Shown: positions 1 through 7,456 of the stretch, piece after piece
Layout: every line of letters starts with the position of its first letter
Position numbering within the stretch: position 1 is the first letter of the stretch
NCBI GenBank assembly: GCA_963666315.2
Contig: CAXXHG010000016.1
Coordinates: forward strand, 1 to 23,284
Reading direction: 5' to 3'
DNA from: Candidatus Binatia bacterium
Lineage (GTDB): Bacteria > Desulfobacterota > Binatia > Bin18
Length of the DNA: 23,284 bases
The notes under the pieces: generated by a model
The model's input: the letters and a program-made list of their open reading frames with translations, nothing else
What the model was told of the DNA's origin: nothing
Databases searched by the model: none
Position numbers and translations under genes: made by a program

Positions 1-179
1 GTAACAAAGATTCATCCTCCTTGGAAAACCAAGCCCCTGATACAACCGTTCATTTTTGAACCGCGTCAGGTCACCTCCTTCCTCATAAGTCCGACTTGAG
101 TGCGTATCCCCTGCCGCCCATAGCGCTATTCGATTCATTTTGCAACCGCCTGCGGGGAATATCTGGGTGTCTCGGGCTC

Positions 180-208
180 TTGACAAATGGCCGGGCTTTC
201 TCTAATAT
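180..208 (+). promoter_or_regulatory. sigma70-type promoter for the small lipoprotein gene
   Basis: TTGACA (180-185), 17-bp spacer, TAATAT (203-208); ATG at 217 lies 8 nt downstream of the -10 box. Confidence 0.6.
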
Positions 209-216
209 ACGGCTCC

Positions 217-528
217 ATGCAAGACATTTTTTTGCAAGACATTTTTTCTGGTTATCACAAATGGCTGCGGCATGGACTCGTCGCGTGTGGGATAGGGTCG
301 ATCTTAGTGCTCGGTGGGTGTGAGCTCGGCGAGCCTCCAATAGAACAAAAGAAGGAGCCTAAGGTTTCGCTGGTCGACCAATATAAACAAGCCAACAAGG
401 ACAGCCGAGACCCAGGCCTCGCGGCGAATCCGAACGCATTAAAATCGTCCTCGATGACAGCGGCAGAGGCGATAAAGGAAGGCGCAGAAGAAAACCAGGG
501 CGGAGAAGACCAGGACAAAGCAGAGTAG
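217..528 (+). CDS. Small putative lipoprotein, hypothetical (103 aa from ATG 217)
   Basis: Hydrophobic stretch ending in lipobox LGG-C, then a charged low-complexity tail; followed by a strong terminator. ATG 187 falls inside the predicted promoter spacer, so 217 is preferred. Confidence 0.6.
   Translation: MQDIFLQDIFSGYHKWLRHGLVACGIGSILVLGGCELGEPPIEQKKEPKVSLVDQYKQANKDSRDPGLAANPNALKSSSMTAAEAIKEGAEENQGGEDQDKAE
218..247 (+). repeat. Perfect 15-bp tandem duplication (TGCAAGACATTTTTT x2), in frame
   Basis: 218-232 and 233-247 are identical; encodes MQDIF-LQDIF. Confidence 0.9.
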
Positions 529-573
529 CGGCGCCCTTTTTCTTTTCCCCATCCCCTCCTTTTTTTCACTTTC

Positions 574-615
574 AAGCAGGCCTGTAGCGTGAATGCGCTA
601 CAGGCCTGCTTTTTT
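574..615 (+). terminator. Rho-independent terminator
   Basis: 16-bp perfect stem AAGCAGGCCTGTAGCG (574-589) / CGCTACAGGCCTGCTT (596-611), 6-nt loop, T run to 615. Confidence 0.85.
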
Positions 616-662
616 GTTTACGGCGATTTCCGCATAGCCGGTGTTTGGAAAGTTGCGGTACA

Positions 663-738
663 CGTCATTGCGAGTGTAGCGAAGCAATCTGTAGCGGGAC
701 AAGAGATTGCTTCGTCGCCTCCGGCTCCTCGCAATGAC
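663..738. repeat. CGTC-tagged REP-like palindromic element
   Basis: Outer arms GTCATTGCGAG (664-674) / CTCGCAATGAC (728-738); inner arms CGAAGCAATCT (680-690) / AGATTGCTTCG (704-714). Matches the widespread 'GTCATTGCGAG...GAAGCAATC' repeat that gives spurious VIAS-AKQS peptides. Confidence 0.8.
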
Positions 739-797
739 ACCTTCGCGCAACTGCGTAACTGCAAATCACTGCGTAATCAGGCATTCAGCCCGGACAT

Positions 798-829
798 AAA
801 AAAGGGGCAGCCGATTGGCTGCCCCTTTT
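798..829 (-). terminator. Rho-independent terminator of the MMPL #1 transcript (potentially bidirectional)
   Basis: Stem AAAAGGGGCAGCC (800-812) / GGCTGCCCCTTTT (817-829), 4-nt loop, T6 on the minus strand, about 36 nt after the stop at 866. Confidence 0.85.
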
Positions 830-865
830 GCCTTCTATGACGAAGGGTTGTGTGTTCTCTCTGTT

Positions 866-3256
866 CTAGGCAATAATGCCTTCTTTCGCGGCTCGGGTGA
901 AGAACTTGGGATGCCACAGCACGAGCACGGCGGGCACGAAGGTACACGAGCCGAGGAAGCTGATACCCATCCACAGCGCGAGTAAGAGGCCCATTTCTGA
1001 ACAGAAACGGATGTTCGAGAAAGCCCACAGGATGGTCGCCGTGATCAAGGTGAGCGCGGTAAAACCGACCGCTTTGCCTGCGGTAGAGAGCCCCATGCGG
1101 ACGGCCTCGTTGATATCGCCGTCGTACTCTTCAACCGCTCGGCTGACGATGTATAAGGCGTAATCAATGCCAAATCCGACCCCGACGGTCACCACCGGCA
1201 GCGACTGCAAATTAATGCCGATATTACGAAAACCCATATACGCATTCACGATACCGTCGGCCAGGAATAGGCCGACCATCATCACCAACGCGGCTACGGG
1301 GGAACGGTAGGTAAACATCACGATCAGGAAGATCGTGCCAAAACCCAGGCCGTGCATGAACAGGTCGTTCTTCAGAATTTCTTCGTTTGCCGCCGCCGTC
1401 ACCCCAATCAAACCACCCGCCAGACGCCAGTCGGCATTCGGCAGCGGGTTGTCGTCCACGAATTTGCGCACTTCTTGGATAATGCGCGCAATATTGTCGC
1501 CCTGGTGGTTGGCACAGAAGAACGTCACGCGCGAGACGGTATAACTCGGATCCAGAAACTTCGAGCTTTCGCCGGGCGGGGTGCCGGCAAAGTAGTAGAA
1601 GAAGAGTGCGCTGACCCGTCGCGGAGAGGCGGGAATCGCCCCCCAGCGTGGCTGCATATCGAAGAAGGTCATGTTAATGGCCTGGATAATATCGGCCAGC
1701 GAGAAGCTGTAGCCGATGTCCCTATCCCGCTCCATATGACGCTGGAACGCTTCGAGTTTCTGTAAAAGTTCAGGATTCTTCAACACTTCTTTGTCGCGGC
1801 CCTCAACCACAATGATCAAGGGTTCAATGCCACCAAAGTATTTTTGGATCTCGATGTGAGCTTGGTTATAGGGTGAATCCAGGTGCAGCAGCGGCGTGGC
1901 CGCGGATGGATCACCTATGGTTAAATGCCGGATCTGGGTGATAGAACCCAGAAAGGCGACGACCCAAAAAATGACAATCAATCTGGCGTTTTTGGGCGTG
2001 GTAATCCAGAATGAACATCTATCTACGAAGATTTGCAGCCAGCCTTCCTCGCGGGCAATGACCTTTTCCTGTACAGGCGCCTTGAGATAGTAGTACACGA
2101 TCGGATTCATGAGCAGTTCGCTCACCGCGACCGAGGCAACCCAAATCGAGGCGGAAATCGCAATTTTCTGCAGAATCACCACCGGCACAATCACAATCAC
2201 GAGCATGCCGAGCGCGTCCGTAATAATGCCGCTCAAGGTGGGTACAAAGAGTTCTGCGAACGCGGCAATAATGGCCTTTTCTTTATTCCAGTGCCATCTG
2301 CGGTATTCCTCGTAATAGCGCTCGTGCATCTGGACCGAGTGACTCACCGCTCGGGCTGTGACAAAGAAGGGAATCACCAGCGCCAGCGGGTCCATCGAGA
2401 AGCCCATCATGGCTTGGATACCAAGACCCCAAAAGGCTGACACCACGCCGGTGATAGTCGGACGCAGGGCACCGCGCCAATCGTGGAAGTAGAGATACAG
2501 CAGGATCCAACACACGATTGCAGCGGCCATGAAGATGTAGAACACCTCGTTCGCGTAGTAATAGATCCAGCCGTATAGCTGGGGTTCGCCGGCGACCCGG
2601 ATCGTCTCGTCGGCGGTTTCAAACGGCTCTTTGACTGTGCGGCGGATTTGTTCGAAGACGGTCTTATAATCGAGCCTGCCTTCGATAAAATTGGCCTTGA
2701 TCAGCAGGGCCTGGCCGTTCAAGGCGACCAGCTGGCCGTAAATGGTTTCGGTGTTGTAACAAATCTCCTTGATGTCGTCGACTTCTTGGGGCGTTTTGGG
2801 CGGGCGGCGCATGACCGGTGGGGTGGCAATCGTTCCCCCGAGCACGGTCAGATAGCGCGTGGTGCGGTGGCCGATCGACTCGACCTGGTCGTGGTTCACC
2901 CCGGTGATGCGGTCCATGGCCTGGGTCATGGTAAAGATCTTTGTGAGCATGTCTTTTGTGAAGACGTCGCCCTTGTCGACTTTTATCATCACGTTGACGT
3001 TATTCGCACCTCCAAACTGATCGGCAAAGCGGAAGTGGACGCGCACAAATGGATGCCGGTAGGGCAGCAGATCGTTAAAGCTGGTCGCCATCTCGATCTT
3101 GCTGGCTTGAAAAGCCATGAAGCCGGTTACGATAACCACAAAGAGCGTGATCCATAAACGCTGTCGGATAAGGCTCTCTCCCAAACGGTAGAGCGTACCT
3201 CGCTCCAGCGCTCGTGCTTCCAGCTCTTCCATAGTGGGCCATTTCTTGTCAGCCAC
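866..3256 (-). CDS. MMPL/RND-superfamily transporter #1 (DUF1329/YCF48-associated type), 796 aa
   Basis: Two repeats of TM + periplasmic domain + 5 TM; motifs FGGANNV, AGEPQLYGW, ARAVSHSVQ, GVGFGIDYALY, MGLLLALWM; GTG start with AGGAG RBS. Confidence 0.9.
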   Translation of the reverse strand: MADKKWPTMEELEARALERGTLYRLGESLIRQRLWITLFVVIVTGFMAFQASKIEMATSFNDLLPYRHPFVRVHFRFADQFGGANNVNVMIKVDKGDVFTKDMLTKIFTMTQAMDRITGVNHDQVESIGHRTTRYLTVLGGTIATPPVMRRPPKTPQEVDDIKEICYNTETIYGQLVALNGQALLIKANFIEGRLDYKTVFEQIRRTVKEPFETADETIRVAGEPQLYGWIYYYANEVFYIFMAAAIVCWILLYLYFHDWRGALRPTITGVVSAFWGLGIQAMMGFSMDPLALVIPFFVTARAVSHSVQMHERYYEEYRRWHWNKEKAIIAAFAELFVPTLSGIITDALGMLVIVIVPVVILQKIAISASIWVASVAVSELLMNPIVYYYLKAPVQEKVIAREEGWLQIFVDRCSFWITTPKNARLIVIFWVVAFLGSITQIRHLTIGDPSAATPLLHLDSPYNQAHIEIQKYFGGIEPLIIVVEGRDKEVLKNPELLQKLEAFQRHMERDRDIGYSFSLADIIQAINMTFFDMQPRWGAIPASPRRVSALFFYYFAGTPPGESSKFLDPSYTVSRVTFFCANHQGDNIARIIQEVRKFVDDNPLPNADWRLAGGLIGVTAAANEEILKNDLFMHGLGFGTIFLIVMFTYRSPVAALVMMVGLFLADGIVNAYMGFRNIGINLQSLPVVTVGVGFGIDYALYIVSRAVEEYDGDINEAVRMGLSTAGKAVGFTALTLITATILWAFSNIRFCSEMGLLLALWMGISFLGSCTFVPAVLVLWHPKFFTRAAKEGIIA

Positions 3257-3312
3257 AGTTGTTCTCTCCTCTTTTATGCAATCACTAAGCGTGAGGCCGT
3301 TGTTCAGTGTAC

Positions 3313-3340
3313 GCGCGCATTGCTATAAAGCAGTGCGCGC
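3313..3340. other. Intergenic hairpin between YCF48 and MMPL #1, no U-tract
   Basis: GCGCGCATTGCT / AGCAGTGCGCGC, 12-bp stem with one mismatch, 4-nt loop. Confidence 0.55.
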
Positions 3341-3348
3341 TCGCATAC

Positions 3349-4488
3349 TTAATGCGCGTCTGCCGGCTCCTCCGCCGCTTCTTCTTGCCCGACGAGCTTC
3401 CAGCTTTTGCCGCTATCGCTGGTGATCATGATGGCGCCTTTTCCGCCCACCAGAACGCCCTTGCCGTTGTCTCCAAAAGCGATCGAGTTGATCCAGGTAT
3501 ACAGCCCCTCTGGCGTTTCAACCGGGTTCCAACTTGCGCCACTGTCGTTGGTGTCTAGCACGACCCCATTCATGCCGGTGAGGACGAGGCGTCCATTTTG
3601 ACCGGGAGCGCCCACGTCGTATAGATGCAGGGGCGGTATGTCCGCATTACTGCCCTCACGCGCAACCCAGTGCCAGACCTGACCGCCATCGGTGGTTGCT
3701 GCGATCGCTCCACCGGCACCGACGAGCAAGCCGTTATTGGGGTCGCTAAAGACAACTTTAAAAAACGCGCCCATGACCATGACGTCGCGCACGCCGCCTC
3801 GCGTCACCAGCTCATCGAGCAGGCTGCCGTGCTGCGCGACCCACGTTTTGCCGCCATCCGTGGTGGCGCGCACATTGCCGTATTCACCGACCATCCAGCC
3901 AATGTTTTCATCCAGAAATTGAACGCTGTAGTAGATGATGTCAGGAACGGCCAGACTGGTGTTCTTTGTCAGCCCGATCTGAGAGACGTCCATGCTCTCG
4001 ACGTTCCAGGTCTCTCCGCCGTTGTCTGTCCACATCCAGGTCGATTCGTCCCCGCACGCCCAGCCGTGCAGCTGGTCGACAAACGAGACGGCCATGATCA
4101 TCTTATCCGTATCGGCGTGCTGTTTTGTCCAAGTTTTCCCGGCGTCACGTGTATGGATGACCGCACCGTTCTGGCCGACCGCCCAGCCGTATTCACCCGA
4201 GAAGTCTACGCTATTGAGTGACCAGATGACGCCGCTTTCGACGTCTGCCCAAGTATTCCCCGTATCCTCGGTTCGCAGTATACGCCCGGCGTAGCCGACG
4301 GCGACAAATGTATCGCCCGATACGTGTGCAACGCCGAAAAACTTGTCGGTCCGTGTCAGCATCGACGTGTTCCACTCGGTGGGCTGCTCCCCGTGGCATC
4401 CGGCTAAGCCGAGGAATAGAGTAACGACAAACAGTGCGGCGCGTAGGCTGGTGCGTTTTTGGGCGCGCCAGACCCTGTCTATATTCAT
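3349..4488 (-). CDS. YCF48-related BNR/Asp-box beta-propeller lipoprotein, 379 aa
   Basis: Lipobox LAG-C; repeated 'gwavG..G.i..T.DGG.TW' blades (TEDTGNTW, TRDAGKTW, TDNGGETW, TTDGGKTW, TTDGGQVW, TNDSGASW, TSDSGKSW); AAGGAGG RBS. Confidence 0.9.
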   Translation of the reverse strand: MNIDRVWRAQKRTSLRAALFVVTLFLGLAGCHGEQPTEWNTSMLTRTDKFFGVAHVSGDTFVAVGYAGRILRTEDTGNTWADVESGVIWSLNSVDFSGEYGWAVGQNGAVIHTRDAGKTWTKQHADTDKMIMAVSFVDQLHGWACGDESTWMWTDNGGETWNVESMDVSQIGLTKNTSLAVPDIIYYSVQFLDENIGWMVGEYGNVRATTDGGKTWVAQHGSLLDELVTRGGVRDVMVMGAFFKVVFSDPNNGLLVGAGGAIAATTDGGQVWHWVAREGSNADIPPLHLYDVGAPGQNGRLVLTGMNGVVLDTNDSGASWNPVETPEGLYTWINSIAFGDNGKGVLVGGKGAIMITSDSGKSWKLVGQEEAAEEPADAH

Positions 4489-4717
4489 ATCGCGACAACC
4501 TCCCTTTTATTTGGGCACCTGCAACAGGCTCCCCCCAGCAGGATTCCGTGACTCTCGTCCTTTGCATTGTTTTGCGGCAAAAGTCAAGGGAAGCGGGGCC
4601 TCCCTCGGGGGAACGCGGATGTAAGTTAGGCTCGCATCGTAGGCTACCCCTAGTCTCTTTTTTACCTCTGCCTCCAGCGGAAAGTTCCGGAAAAAATTCC
4701 GCGCAGGCGAGAAACAG

Positions 4718-4754
4718 AAATCCCCCGTACAGTAGTGTTTTGTACGGGGGATTT
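4718..4754 (-). terminator. Probable terminator hairpin after DUF1329 #1
   Basis: 14-bp perfect stem AAATCCCCCGTACA / TGTACGGGGGATTT, 9-nt loop; ends TTTCTGTTTC on the minus strand. Confidence 0.7.
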
Positions 4755-4788
4755 TCTTCGTCACAACCGGGCAGGGGAGGTGCGACGT

Positions 4789-6090
4789 TTAGCGGGCGCT
4801 CTGGATGAGGAAGTTGACCGTGAAGGCCTCAGGCGTGTTCCATTCCTTGGCCGTGTTGAAATACCAGTCGTACTTCGGCACGTAGTATTCGTCATACCCC
4901 GGCGGGCAGTCCCACTTAGAGCTGTGGGTGATTTGCATATCAATCACATTTCCGTTGTGGGTGAATACCTGTTCCTCGTCATACTCGGCTGCCACATACT
5001 TCGGTGAGGGCTTCTTGGAAATATTCATGAGCTGAGTCCAGGTCTTCCACAGCTCACCACCCTGGTCATAGGTCTCCGACCAGGAGGTGTTGAAGTATTC
5101 GCGGTCGATGTAGAGGATCCGTTTGGAGTACGCGTACTGGTTGTAGCCGGTCGGGATGCCTTCGATGATCCAGACTGGGCGGCGTTCCCAATTGACCGAA
5201 TCCGACCACAGCATGGCAGCCACACCGCTACGGCCGTCCGGTTCAGCAGCCCACACCGTACGATTTTGGTAATGCCCGGAGTGCGCGGCCATGAGATTCT
5301 CTTTCTCGGCCAAAATGCGCCACGTCCAGTAGCCGGGCTTGGCGTTGAAGGCCCAAATCGAGTCGATATCGATGTCGGTGCCCCAGAATGCGTCTGAGCG
5401 GTTCGCGACGCTGATACGACGCACGCGCCGCAGCTCAGGCAGATACATATAGGAGTCATCCGGATTTTCGAGCGGGGTGTAGCGGAAGTTCAGCACGCCT
5501 GCGCCCTTGAGATCGTTCGGGGCGTAGAGCGGACCCCACTGCTCGGTATAGGTGATCTGGGGGTTAAACGGCGCGATGGGCTTCGGATCCATGTGCAGCC
5601 GCCCCTCCCACTTCATACGCCGCCAGAAGTGCGAGGCGTAGAAGCGTTCCATCTCGCCTTTGTGGTTCACCAACTCGAGAATCCACGGGCAGCCTACGTT
5701 ATCTGTGAAATCCGGAAAGTATTCATGGTTCCACATGACCTTGGCGCCACCGAGCGGATCGTTGGAGTCGATGTTGGGAAACGGGCAACCGGCCACATAG
5801 TTAAAGATCTGCCGGCCGTCTTCTGTGATCTGAACCTGGCCGGCATATTTTTCTGTGGCTTCTGCATAGAGTCGGGGCCATTCGTATTCGCGATACGCGC
5901 CCACATGCATGTTCATGCCCTGGTTGATCATCCAGTTTGCGGTCGGGCTGAGGACATCTTGGGCTTGCGCCATATTACTCTTATTGACAACGTCTCCCGG
6001 TTGGGGGAAGTCGTCGGCATATGCTGGCACCACCCAGCTTGCCGCAGCCGCGCACGCGACCGTAGCGATGAGGTACGTTCTGAGCTTCAT
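4789..6090 (-). CDS. DUF1329 family periplasmic protein #1 (LolA-like C-terminal region), 433 aa
   Basis: Sec signal (AYA-D); family-type motifs YVAGxPFP, GAKVMWN, DDSYMYLPELRRVRR, YAYSKRILYIDRE, YDQGGELWK; AAGGAGG RBS. Confidence 0.85.
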   Translation of the reverse strand: MKLRTYLIATVACAAAASWVVPAYADDFPQPGDVVNKSNMAQAQDVLSPTANWMINQGMNMHVGAYREYEWPRLYAEATEKYAGQVQITEDGRQIFNYVAGCPFPNIDSNDPLGGAKVMWNHEYFPDFTDNVGCPWILELVNHKGEMERFYASHFWRRMKWEGRLHMDPKPIAPFNPQITYTEQWGPLYAPNDLKGAGVLNFRYTPLENPDDSYMYLPELRRVRRISVANRSDAFWGTDIDIDSIWAFNAKPGYWTWRILAEKENLMAAHSGHYQNRTVWAAEPDGRSGVAAMLWSDSVNWERRPVWIIEGIPTGYNQYAYSKRILYIDREYFNTSWSETYDQGGELWKTWTQLMNISKKPSPKYVAAEYDEEQVFTHNGNVIDMQITHSSKWDCPPGYDEYYVPKYDWYFNTAKEWNTPEAFTVNFLIQSAR

Positions 6091-6153
6091 ATAGAAGCCT
6101 CCTTTCGTGGAGCCCTGCCCTGAAAGTGAGTTTCTTACTTCCAGCCTTTTTCT

Positions 6154-6182
6154 ATACTATGGAGAGTATGGTTGGGGATCAA
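6154..6182 (-). promoter_or_regulatory. Putative sigma70 promoter of DUF1329 #1
   Basis: Minus strand TTGATC (6182-6177), 17-bp spacer, TAGTAT (6159-6154). Confidence 0.5.
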
Positions 6183-6293
6183 TAGCTCAGCCGCAGGTTT
6201 TTTTCTAGTACTGAGGAGGGGGAAAGCAAAAACAGCTCTTTGCGTACTACTGGAGCAGGTATTTTTACCCCCAGAGAGGTACGAAAATACCTG

Positions 6294-6893
6294 CTAGCGT
6301 GGGTTAATTTCAAACCCTTGGCTGGGCGGTGGGATCTGTTGACCAGTAGGTGCGTCTGGAGCAAGGCCGGCTTCGCGCAGGAGACGCGCAAGGGCGGCGA
6401 GCGAGTCTGAGACGGCGCGCTGAGCCTCTAGCAGCTCCTCGTTTGCGCGTGAGAGCTGAATGTAGTCCTGCCGTTCAACGGCATCAATGATCGATACCAT
6501 GGCAAATTCATGTGCACGCCAGGATTCGATATACCCCTGGTGGACACTCATCAGCGAGGACCCGTGTGGCTCATATTGCTCGAGTTTCGCTACATACTCC
6601 CGGGCTACGCCGATAGCCGGGCGCATGGTTGCTAAAACAAAGTCGTTATGCACGTACTGGTCCTTGCGGACACCTGCAATCGCGGTATTGATCTTCGCCT
6701 CGGTTGCCGCCCATAAGCGGGCCTGGTCCATATAGGTCGTCAGTTCCGCCCGGACGTCCGGTTGTTGTTCGGCCTGACATGCTGACAACACAGCGATCCA
6801 TGCCAGCAAACCGAGCAGTGTCGGCCACGCTTGCCCTAGCGGCCCGCGCACCCGGCCGTCCCAAGCTGAACAGCGGCTATGAGTTTTCATCAC
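6294..6893 (-). CDS. Hypothetical alpha-helical lipoprotein (start GTG 6893 or ATG 6890)
   Basis: Hydrophobic segment ending LSA-C; amphipathic helical body, Pro-rich tail; start overlaps the DUF4340 stop (GTGATG). Confidence 0.75.
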   Translation of the reverse strand: MMKTHSRCSAWDGRVRGPLGQAWPTLLGLLAWIAVLSACQAEQQPDVRAELTTYMDQARLWAATEAKINTAIAGVRKDQYVHNDFVLATMRPAIGVAREYVAKLEQYEPHGSSLMSVHQGYIESWRAHEFAMVSIIDAVERQDYIQLSRANEELLEAQRAVSDSLAALARLLREAGLAPDAPTGQQIPPPSQGFEINPR

Positions 6894-7456
6894 TGATCAC
6901 GCTGCACCGCCTGAAAAATAAGGTCTTCGTAATACTTAACATTGTATCCGAAGAGAACAACTTGGGGAGAGCCGTCCTTGCGTGCATACACGGCCGTTGT
7001 GGTCGGATTATAGCTCCCAATAAAAATGGTTTCCGTGGCTGGCTGTCCATCGCCTTCGATAACAATTGTCGAAGCCGGTGGGGCCAGGCCATACGCCGCA
7101 AGATTGTCCGGGGCTCCGTTGACGATGGGGATCTTTCTGTTCGGGGTGAGATTTTCTAGAAAACCAATTATGAGCGCCGAGGTGACCTTTGTGCCGGACG
7201 GCTCAAGAGTCTGCCACTTGGCCTCAGTCTGCCCCGACTGAGCCGTGGTGCGCTGCGAGACGAAGGTGGAACCCTGACGTTGGATGGAGAGTTTATGAAT
7301 GGCCTCCCGCTTCAGCATCACAAAAGTGCTCTCTTGCACTGGGCGCGGTTCAAAAACGGGCGCATCTGGACCACCGGGGATCCACTCAAAGAGGAGATAG
7401 TATCCGCCGAGTACGACGGCAAGAACGTAATATATGCCAATGTGTTTCCACGTCAT
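6890..7456 (-). CDS. DUF4340-like membrane-anchored protein, 188 aa
   Basis: N-terminal TM; motifs LAAYGLAPP and IGSYNPT..VYARK; usual position after a GldG-like gene; ATGA overlap with upstream stop. Confidence 0.75.
   Translation of the reverse strand: MTWKHIGIYYVLAVVLGGYYLLFEWIPGGPDAPVFEPRPVQESTFVMLKREAIHKLSIQRQGSTFVSQRTTAQSGQTEAKWQTLEPSGTKVTSALIIGFLENLTPNRKIPIVNGAPDNLAAYGLAPPASTIVIEGDGQPATETIFIGSYNPTTTAVYARKDGSPQVVLFGYNVKYYEDLIFQAVQRDQ

Noticed and set aside
61-83. GGTCACCTCCTTCCT resembling the 16S rRNA 3' end
   Set aside because: Upstream sequence lacks the conserved 16S terminal helices; better explained as a minus-strand SD
589-840. 83-aa ORF containing VIASVAKQS/EIASSP
   Set aside because: Translation of the palindromic repeat and terminators, a typical source of spurious ORFs
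3349-4488. Photosystem II assembly factor Ycf48
   Set aside because: Shared propeller fold only; the context is transport and there are no photosynthesis genes
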